Below the pieces are notes generated by a model. That model did no database searches. It saw only the letters and a list, made by a program, of their open reading frames with translations, and was not told the DNA's origin. A DNA stretch of 64,000 nucleotides from Methanothrix sp. (GTDB taxonomy: Archaea; Halobacteriota; Methanosarcinia; Methanotrichales; Methanotrichaceae), in assembly GCA_963682135.1 (NCBI GenBank), contig OY821645.1:64001-128000 (forward strand), in the 5' to 3' direction. Below, one piece after another: positions 56,667-64,000 of this stretch (position 1 is its first letter; every line of letters begins with the position of its first letter). A program made the translations under genes and the position numbers.

Positions 56667-58003
56667 CTAGTGAGGGATGCCTCCTACACGAAGTGACGGA
56701 TCTCCAAACAGTGGGAGCCTCCAAGGCTCAAGATAGCAATATACATCCTGTACAGTGACATCTCCTTTTTTGGGGGGAGCATACTTCTTGTAATGCTCTT
56801 GGACCATATAAAACCACATATCTCCCAAAATATTCTTACCATCTTGGAAAGCCTTAAAAAATAGTTTGAGCAAATCAGGTGCGGGGGAATTCCCAGTAAT
56901 TGTACTTCCCATATAAGCGATTGCGCCCGTATCCTTGGACATTGTCATTTCTTCAGCCATGCTATCATAATCGTGGTTGGCCTGGATGCAAGCGGGCTGC
57001 GGGGGCGTGGCGTTGAACTTTTCAGATTTTTCGGTTCCATCGTGTGGAATTCCAGCAGTGTCTAGATAGCTATTTAGCGGAGGTATTGGGGCAAATCTTC
57101 CTGTATCGCATGCTGCCGCTACAACCACAGGCAACCTATTTGAGTTCTTCAGATTTTGTACATGGGTAGTTGAATATCCTCCGTTAGGAATTCCCCAGCC
57201 TTTTGTGCCGCCATGACCCATATAGCTAACGAATCCGACTCCTTGGTCTATATAGAAATTAATCCATTCTGGACTAATTGGTTCCGTCGGGGATATCCCA
57301 TTAGCGATCGTACTTTGACAACAATTTCCTTTCTGATAAAGTTTATGCGTAATGAACCCCGGAAGATTCTCAGCTATGTATTCTTGCTTTTTGCAGATAT
57401 CAGAGACCCAGTTTGTAGTAGCAATAAGCAAAGCGGATTTTGCCCAAGATGACCTGTAGGCATTGCTTTCATAGTATATTAACTTTGACACATAATTTTC
57501 AACATCCTTTTTCGTGGAAGCCGGAATTCGTCCTACTGCAATGTTAGGAAATAGGTGTACATTGTCTGGATTTAAATCAAACTTATTAGGTATATTACCG
57601 ATATACACTTCCCCAAAAGATCCATCTTTATCTTCATCCCAGTCATCAAATGATTTACTAAGATATTCTTTAAAGATACACGCATAATAAAGATCTACGG
57701 GAACAAAGATGGTATGAAAATCTTTCTCATACTTTACAGGATCCCAGGTCCATTTTACATAGCGTACCGGGAATCTATCCACGTCGCCCAGGAGCATTAC
57801 GTATTTAATATTATCGGAAATGCAAAATGAATGGATACAACGCTTAACTTTTTCAGCCTCATCTCTGCCAGGATATGTTTTATAAATATGTTCAAGGCTG
57901 ATAAGCATAGTAGGGATACCGGTGCAGTTCTTGTGATCCGCAAGCGGCATCACGGCTTCCGCGAATTCCAGTGGAGTAATAATAATAATGAAATATTGGA
58001 CAT
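56667..58003 (-). pseudogene. Peptidase C25 (gingipain-like), with a 1-nt frameshift near the 5' end
   Basis: VMLLGD, VGRIP, GHG, AACDTG and LFGDPSL. The RBS-led ATG at 58003 is out of frame with IITPLEFAEAVMPLADHK. An in-frame GTG/ATG at ~57953 exists. Confidence 0.7.
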
Positions 58004-58299
58004 ATATATTCCGACCTCCTAACTTAATTTTGCCTTTTGAATGTCTGTATATATAAATGTTTTTCTATTCGTATCTAAGCTGACAGATATTCAGGGATGG
58101 CCTTTTGGGGCCTTTGACCGGAGGCCGCATCTTGCCTTGAGCCAGAGGAGAGCTGCCTCTTGTGACGTGTGAGGAAATCCTCTTGATGCATAGTTCGAGT
58201 GTGCATGTCGGTTTATATCAAATAAGATGACATAACAGAAGGTTGCGTTGGAACCGTATAAGAAGAGCATTGGGTGGAATTTGATTTTGTACCGGATTG

Positions 58300-58461
58300 T
58301 GTTTGACTGAGTCAAACAGCGGCGTCCCACTCCGATGCAACAAGTATCGGGGCATACAAGATGTCGCCGCATGAAAGTGGAATCAGGTTAATCTGATCCA
58401 AAATCCTAAGTTGAATACGCATGCCCTTTATCCCAGCCGCAGCAGGCAGTCGGGTATTACG
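58300..58461. other. Multi-hairpin element ending in an IS200/IS605-like terminal palindrome
   Basis: Hairpins TGTTTGAC/GTCAAACA, GCGGCG/CGCCGC enclosing CCGATGC/GTATCGG, and ATCAG/CTGAT, then TTTATCCC..GGGTATTACG. Confidence 0.4.
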
Positions 58462-58477
58462 TTTAAAAATAGAATTT

Positions 58478-59473
58478 TTAACATATTAACCTTTCATCTT
58501 TTTGAGTCTCTAATGATTGATAATATATACGGTTATTTATTCCGGTATGAAATAGATAAATTGAAGCATTACCTTTAGAAGGAACGCCAATTCCTGCCGC
58601 TAAGAGATTATTTGTAACTCCTCCACCGGGCACTTCTTTCCAGCCCGTCCACGTTTCAATAAAACCTGTTGCTTTTGTACATTTTAATATATTATAGTAT
58701 ATTCGTCTAGAATTTTCATTTGTTTCGTGGGATTTTGAACTGAATAGGTACAACTTATCCCAAATGCGGCAAGTTTCTGGTGGAAATAGAGCTCCCACTG
58801 AGGTTGAGTCTAATTCGCTCCATCCGCTCCATATTTGATCTCTCCCCATGTGACTATAATATATACTGTATCTGCTGAGGGCGTTTATTCCACGATAAAA
58901 AAGGTAGAGTTTGTCTTTATCTGGGGAATATGGTACATGATAATATTCTGCAGCCAATGGGGTAAATGTTGAACCTCTTCCTGGAACTTCATACCAACCA
59001 TCCCAGGTTTGGCTATTGTTCTTGGAGTTCATTTCCAAGGTACTCATATAGATGCAATCATTATCTCCAGTATGAAAGAGCCAAAGTTTCCCGAAAACGC
59101 GTGCAGCTAGCCTCATAGCTGTAGAACCTCTAATTGGTACTTCCTTCCAATTGCTCCAAGAACCGCCCTCCTCATAATTGTATAAAATTCTAGATTTGTT
59201 ATCCCTAAGGAAAAGGTAAATCCTATCATAATAAAAGCATGCCCTTAAACCCACATCTGTTGTAGCTCCACCTGGCACTTCGCTCCAATTGCCCCAAATC
59301 TCTCCTGCTTTCATGACGTTGTAATAAACGCGTTTATTTATGCCTTTGAAGAAGAGATACAAATCCTTTCCATCTGCCACAGCTGATAAAGCTCCATCGG
59401 TTCTGACTCCACCAGGGACCTCTTTCCAGATTCCATCCATAATGTTGTATCTCCGTATAATTCCTCGATGCAA
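58478..59473 (-). CDS. Trp-rich repeat beta-propeller (lectin-like) protein
   Basis: About 6 repeats of W..W.EVPGGG.T...L.A....LYLF..G..RIYY. Confidence 0.7.
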   Translation of the reverse strand: MHRGIIRRYNIMDGIWKEVPGGVRTDGALSAVADGKDLYLFFKGINKRVYYNVMKAGEIWGNWSEVPGGATTDVGLRACFYYDRIYLFLRDNKSRILYNYEEGGSWSNWKEVPIRGSTAMRLAARVFGKLWLFHTGDNDCIYMSTLEMNSKNNSQTWDGWYEVPGRGSTFTPLAAEYYHVPYSPDKDKLYLFYRGINALSRYSIYYSHMGRDQIWSGWSELDSTSVGALFPPETCRIWDKLYLFSSKSHETNENSRRIYYNILKCTKATGFIETWTGWKEVPGGGVTNNLLAAGIGVPSKGNASIYLFHTGINNRIYYQSLETQKDERLIC

Positions 59474-59841
59474 AATGCTATTAAACTATAAGAAAATATC
59501 CATTGAATCCTTTATTGGTTCACGTATGGTAGTGGACATGTCACAACTGGCAGGTCGTGAATAAGGATCTATTGGAGAAATCCGGATCGTTATATACTGA
59601 TTTTCTCAGGATAGTACTTAGTGAAGCTCAAAGTGTGCATGTCATCTTATATCAATATTATGACATCAATATCTTTAGATGGGATGATTTGTGAGCTATG
59701 GAAATGATGATTCAGGGTATATAAAGGAGGCATGTTTTCAGCATACAGATAAGTAGGATTTTATGTCGTAAGGACTAGCGGAGAGATCACTAGGTTGAGG
59801 CAATTTATTAGACGAGACAGACCAGATAGATCGTCAGGATA

Positions 59842-60233
59842 TCATTTAAAATCTTCGAAGTCGTGTATTCCATCGAGTAATCTCTTTATCGCTTTGGTAT
59901 TGCTCCAGACCTCGATGATCTCTGCTTTTTTGATTCTGTTGAAATGGTTATCGTTAGTAATCAGAACCGCATTGGCATAAAGGCAAGTCGCAGCATGAAC
60001 GATATCCGAAAATTCGCTCTCTGGAAAGAACGCTGCACAGATATCTATTTCCTCCTGAGACGGATTCACTTGGCATATTTCTCATATTCAAAAATAAGGA
60101 GTTCATTGGCAAAAAGCTCCGCTGAGCTATCCAGAAGATGATAGATAAGTTCCGTGCTCTTGGTCTATCTATGCTTTACTGCTGCGATAAAGACGGTGTT
60201 ATCGAGAAGATATCTTGAACTTTTGGCGGGCAA
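59842..60233 (-). pseudogene. PIN-domain toxin pseudogene
   Basis: MPAKSSRYLLDNTVFIAAVKHR* has an in-frame TAG, then a frameshift into SDIVHAATCL..AVLITNDNHF. Confidence 0.78.
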
Positions 60234-60462
60234 GCTGGTTGCTCTCCTCTTCGATTTCGCTTTCGAGCTTATCAAGATCGATTGACTTAGCTTTTTCTAT
60301 TGCATCTTCAAGCAGCAATCGCAGGTTGATCTTCTTGAGGACGATCGTATCTTCTCCCAGATCCTCCGCTACGAACTCATCACCCTCTTTCAGCTTCATC
60401 CTGTGTCGAAGGTTGCTGGGTAGCTGCACTCTTCCCCTATCATCTACTTTAGCGAGCGGCAT
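60199..60462 (-). CDS. AbrB/MazE/SpoVT antitoxin
   Basis: KVDDRGRVQLPSNLRHRMKLKEGD, overlapping the PIN gene. Confidence 0.88.
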   Translation of the reverse strand: MPLAKVDDRGRVQLPSNLRHRMKLKEGDEFVAEDLGEDTIVLKKINLRLLLEDAIEKAKSIDLDKLESEIEEESNQLARQKFKISSR

Positions 60463-60741
60463 TCTTACCCATTTTACCCATCTATATTATAAATATTTAT
60501 GGCCTAAGACTCAAGGTTCCCGGCTATGAACTATCCGAATCTGCTCAGGCACGTTTTTGCGGTCTAGAGCCTGGATGACAGCGTACCTGTGGGTGACCGC
60601 AAGGACCGACATGGACATGCCTCCCTGGAGGCGCAAGGGCGAGAAGCAGCTGGACCTGCGTGGAAATTTCGTCGCATCGCTCTGACTTGATCCCAGAGGT
60701 CGCAAAGGGCAAAGACCGCACAACGTGCCCCTTTTCAATCC

Positions 60742-61566
60742 CTACCTCGCAGCCAGAGCCTCTCGAACCGCCCTCTCCATCACATCCACCGGAGCCTTTT
60801 TGCTCGTCCAGATCTCCAGAGCCCTGGCGCCCTGATAGACCAGCATCATGACCCCGTCCACTGCCACCGCTCCGGCGGCGCGGGCATCCTGAAGAAGCTG
60901 CGTCTCCCGGTTGTAGACGATATCAAAGACCGCCTGACTGCTCTGCAAAAGGCCACCGTCCAGAAGTCTCGGGTCGCCTGCTCGCATGCCTACCGATGTG
61001 CAGTTTATTATTATGTCCGCCTGAGGTACGAGCCTCTCCAGCTCTTGCAGAGAAAAGCCCCCGGCACCGACGCAGGCCGCCAGCTCCAAAGCTCTCTTTA
61101 GGCTGCGGTTGGCGATGGATATCTCTGCCCCTTCCTGCGCCAGAGTGTAGGCAATGGCCCGCGCGCCGCCACCCGCACCAATTATCAGCACATTCTTGCC
61201 CCTGATTTCGACGCCCGCATCCTGCAATGCCAAAAGCGCGCCCCATCCGTCTGTGTTGTAGCCCGCGACGACCTGCGGGCCGAAGGCCACTGTGTTCACC
61301 GCGCCTATAGCCCTGGCGAGAGGATCGGGCTGCAAGAAATCAAATTCAAGCGCTTTTTCCTTGAGGGGAATGGTCAGATTAAGCCCGGAAAATCCCATGG
61401 CTGCGGCACCACGAAGGGCATCTTGCAGATCCGCACAGCTTACCCGAAAGGCATGGTAGCAGGCATCTTCACCCAGCGCCCGCAAGGCAGCGTTCTGCAT
61501 GGCGGGAGATAGGCTGTGCGTTATTGGATCACCAAATATGCCGAAGATCTTCATAATAATCATCAA
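60742..61566 (-). CDS. aroE: Shikimate dehydrogenase
   Basis: GDPITHSLSP, NLTIPLK, GAVNT, NTDG, GAGGGARA and MLVYQG. Start may be 61554. Confidence 0.95.
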   Translation of the reverse strand: MMIIMKIFGIFGDPITHSLSPAMQNAALRALGEDACYHAFRVSCADLQDALRGAAAMGFSGLNLTIPLKEKALEFDFLQPDPLARAIGAVNTVAFGPQVVAGYNTDGWGALLALQDAGVEIRGKNVLIIGAGGGARAIAYTLAQEGAEISIANRSLKRALELAACVGAGGFSLQELERLVPQADIIINCTSVGMRAGDPRLLDGGLLQSSQAVFDIVYNRETQLLQDARAAGAVAVDGVMMLVYQGARALEIWTSKKAPVDVMERAVREALAAR

Positions 61567-62783
61567 ATAATTTGCAGAATATACCCGAGGAGGCCACCCA
61601 CCAGAGCGCCGAAGGCCGTCGCTACGAGGTTCACGCCATTGTTGCTTAAAATGCCCCGGCTTTGCAGCGTTGCCCCGAGAAGGCTGTCAAAGTTCGTGCC
61701 CAGGAATCCGCCGATAGCAGCGACGACTATGCCGAAAACGCCTGCCATTCCCATGCCCGTGGCCAGCAGGCCGATGATAACGGCTCCGGCAAGAGAGGCG
61801 GCTTCGCCCAGAGGCGTTACGCCTCCATCCACACCCGGCTCTGTCTCTTTTAGAGTGGTTATCATGCGGGGTTTGGATCTACTGGTCTCACCAATCTCGC
61901 TGGCCAGAGTGTCCCCGTTGGCGGTAGCCACCGAGGCAATGAAGGCGAAGATGAAGACATCATTGCCATAGACTCCGTAGCAAATGGCCAGAACAAGAGG
62001 CACCAGGCTGTTGCTATAGACGTTCTTGTAGCCGCGTCTGCCTCCGTGAGACTGAGCTATTCCCAGCTTATGTTTATGGGAGTATCCGTAGCGAGTAAAA
62101 GCCCCTCCCAGCAAATAGAACGCGAGCAGAAGGATAAACCAGGAGATGCCGGCAAAGAGTATCACCAGCAGGCAGACTATGGTCTCGCTCAGCACGGCAT
62201 CCGAGTCCGCGGCTTTGGCCCAGTAGGCACCAATGCCCAGCACCAGGGCGAAGATGCAGATGAGAAGAATGCGCTGCAGCTCAGGCAGCGGGTAATCGAA
62301 AGAGAAGAGCCACATCACCATAGCGGTGCCAAAGGGTACTGTAAAGTCCCGCTCTTTGGAGACGTGATGCAGAAAAGCTCCGGAGAGTCCTCCCAAGATG
62401 ACCAGGAACAGTATCCTCTCAGAGGAGAGACTGCCTGCGGAGATCAGGCTCGCGACGGGATAGCCCAGACCAACATTGATGAGCAGATACATGATGCTGC
62501 CCGTCAGGGAATCGAACTTGCGAAAAGCGAGAGGGGCAAACGTTGAGGCCACAAAAGAGATGGCTATGACGTATTCCGGCAGATTGGTGTCCGTGAGTAT
62601 AAGCGCCGGCCTCATGATGAGCAGCATGGCCAGGGATGCACAGAGCAGGCGAGATCCCCGGTCCAGGAAGAATACGGCTGCTAGGGGAATGACTGTGAAA
62701 GAACCGGCATAAGGCAGCAACAGGACCATCAATCCGATAGCTATCCGGGCTATATCTTCCCGCTCCATAGGACTACATGACAA
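61563..62783 (-). CDS. DUF92 (TIGR00297-like) membrane protein
   Basis: RGYKNVYSN, DTLASEIG, PGVDGGVT, DSLLGATLQ and NNGVN. Confidence 0.9.
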   Translation of the reverse strand: MSCSPMEREDIARIAIGLMVLLLPYAGSFTVIPLAAVFFLDRGSRLLCASLAMLLIMRPALILTDTNLPEYVIAISFVASTFAPLAFRKFDSLTGSIMYLLINVGLGYPVASLISAGSLSSERILFLVILGGLSGAFLHHVSKERDFTVPFGTAMVMWLFSFDYPLPELQRILLICIFALVLGIGAYWAKAADSDAVLSETIVCLLVILFAGISWFILLLAFYLLGGAFTRYGYSHKHKLGIAQSHGGRRGYKNVYSNSLVPLVLAICYGVYGNDVFIFAFIASVATANGDTLASEIGETSRSKPRMITTLKETEPGVDGGVTPLGEAASLAGAVIIGLLATGMGMAGVFGIVVAAIGGFLGTNFDSLLGATLQSRGILSNNGVNLVATAFGALVGGLLGYILQII

Positions 62784-62834
62784 TTTTCATTGCAAAAATA
62801 CTTTGCCTATGGGAGAAGTGCATCAAGACCAACT

Positions 62835-63446
62835 ATGATTTACCGCCTCTACGAGCATCTCCTACAATCCAGGATCGCAAAGAGCAATCTGCCAGGCTGT
62901 GTAGCTGTTGTTCTTTGCAGCGGCGATCTATTGGATGAAGGTCTGTTGCGCCTTAGCCAGCTGCTGGAATGGAGCCGATCCATTGGTCTAACCTCCCTGG
63001 TGCTCTATGTGAACGATGATGCGCCCCTGCTTCTGCGCAAGATTGCCGCAGAGCTTGCGGCCGCGCCCGCCCAAATCAGCTTGCACACCGCAGAGGGCGT
63101 AGAGCAAACTGGCACCGGTGGCCCGCTCAAGGTAGTAATATCTCTGGGATTGGGAGGCAAGCGCGAGGTGACAGAGGCATTCCGAGGCATTCTCAAGGAG
63201 GTGGAAAAGGGAAATCTAAATCCCGAACAGATCGACGAAAAGGCCATTGAATCACATCTGCGATTTTCCCAGAAGCCTGATCTGGTGATTCGGGCGGGCG
63301 GAAAGAGACTGAGCGACTTCATGATCTGGCAGGCGGCTTATTCAGAGCTTTATTTTACCGATGTCAACTGGCAGGAGCTGAGAAAGATCGATTTCCTGCG
63401 AGCCATACGGGATTGCCAGAGAAGGAAGAGACGCTTCGGACGCTAG
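62835..63446 (+). CDS. cis-prenyltransferase (UppS) family protein lacking the N-terminal catalytic motif (Nus1/NgBR-like subunit)
   Basis: PDLVIRAGGKRLSDFMIWQAAYSELYF and a C-terminal RRFGR, with no DGNRR motif. Confidence 0.82.
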   Translation: MIYRLYEHLLQSRIAKSNLPGCVAVVLCSGDLLDEGLLRLSQLLEWSRSIGLTSLVLYVNDDAPLLLRKIAAELAAAPAQISLHTAEGVEQTGTGGPLKVVISLGLGGKREVTEAFRGILKEVEKGNLNPEQIDEKAIESHLRFSQKPDLVIRAGGKRLSDFMIWQAAYSELYFTDVNWQELRKIDFLRAIRDCQRRKRRFGR

Positions 63447-63467
63447 TCTACTAATATTCGGATATTC

Positions 63468-64000
63468 CTATGGCTTTGGTTTAGCAATGTCTTTCGCGGC
63501 AAGGATGGAAAGGAACCGGGCTGGAATCGTATCCGAGATGATGATATCATCGTTCACGGTCATCATCTTCACACCGGCCATTTGCGCCGCGGCGGCATCG
63601 GCCTGAATCACTCTGGGGTTGCCGGTACGAAATGTCGCTACATGCCAGGCTTTCTCGGGAGTGGTGGACAGATGAACATACCTTTGTGATGCAGATTTGA
63701 TGCCGATCTCCAGGATCCTGTCCGCTTCCTCTTCGCTTGCTCCATAATAGAGTTTGGGCAGCTTATTTTCCGGGTGATCAAGCTCCACATCTACAGAATG
63801 GCCATATCTGGCTCTGACTTTATCATCTACTATCTCATATCGCTGCTTGGAGTCAGACATTACGAGCGCAATCACCAATTCTTTGCTGGCCCAGCGATGC
63901 CTGCTCGTCACCACCTGGCCGAGCTTGTTGAGATCTACCCAACCGCGCGAGTCCATAACCAGGCCCAGGTCACCAGGGAAATGCCGCAGGCCTCCCGCGA
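63468..64000 (-). CDS. kptA: RNA 2'-phosphotransferase (Tpt1/KptA), 5' end outside the window
   Basis: LRHFP..LGL.MDSRGWV, KQRYE, RARYGHS and RYVHLS. Confidence 0.92.
   Translation of the reverse strand, partial: AGGLRHFPGDLGLVMDSRGWVDLNKLGQVVTSRHRWASKELVIALVMSDSKQRYEIVDDKVRARYGHSVDVELDHPENKLPKLYYGASEEEADRILEIGIKSASQRYVHLSTTPEKAWHVATFRTGNPRVIQADAAAAQMAGVKMMTVNDDIIISDTIPARFLSILAAKDIAKPKP

Noticed and set aside
60511-60738. 75-aa ORF downstream of aroE
   Set aside because: No recognisable family; possibly a gene fragment, but it cannot be supported.
1-64000. tRNA or rRNA genes
   Set aside because: No cloverleaf with T-loop consensus or rRNA-like stretch was recognised in the intergenic regions.

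Overview
Archaeal chromosome segment, most likely from a Methanothrix/Methanosaeta-type methanogen. This is inferred from SepRS, thermosome, aRF1, an NrpR-domain protein, DUF1699 and PolB2. The standout region is 5.4-13.6 kb, an effector-less CRISPR locus. It has two arrays with the same 36-bp repeat (10 and 17 repeats), a cas4-cas1 fusion, cas2 and a stand-alone C-terminal (Cas6-like) half of Csb2. Between the arrays, transcribed divergently from cas4/1, is a family A DNA polymerase with intact polymerase motifs and a degenerate proofreading site. Each array is preceded by a duplicated ~170-nt GC-rich, highly structured element that shows a compensatory base change (candidate ncRNA), and most spacers read as antisense to protein-coding sequence. 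A second accessory block (32-40.5 kb) encodes a secreted protein with ~42 Cys in CXXX repeats, divergent from two large membrane proteins. The rest is housekeeping genes, a K+ transport cluster (kdpABC, kinase-less kdpD, trkH-trkA-trkH), an intact IS1634, IS1/IS3 scars and three toxin-antitoxin loci whose toxins are decayed or missing. All calls come from reading the sequence by eye; no searches were run.
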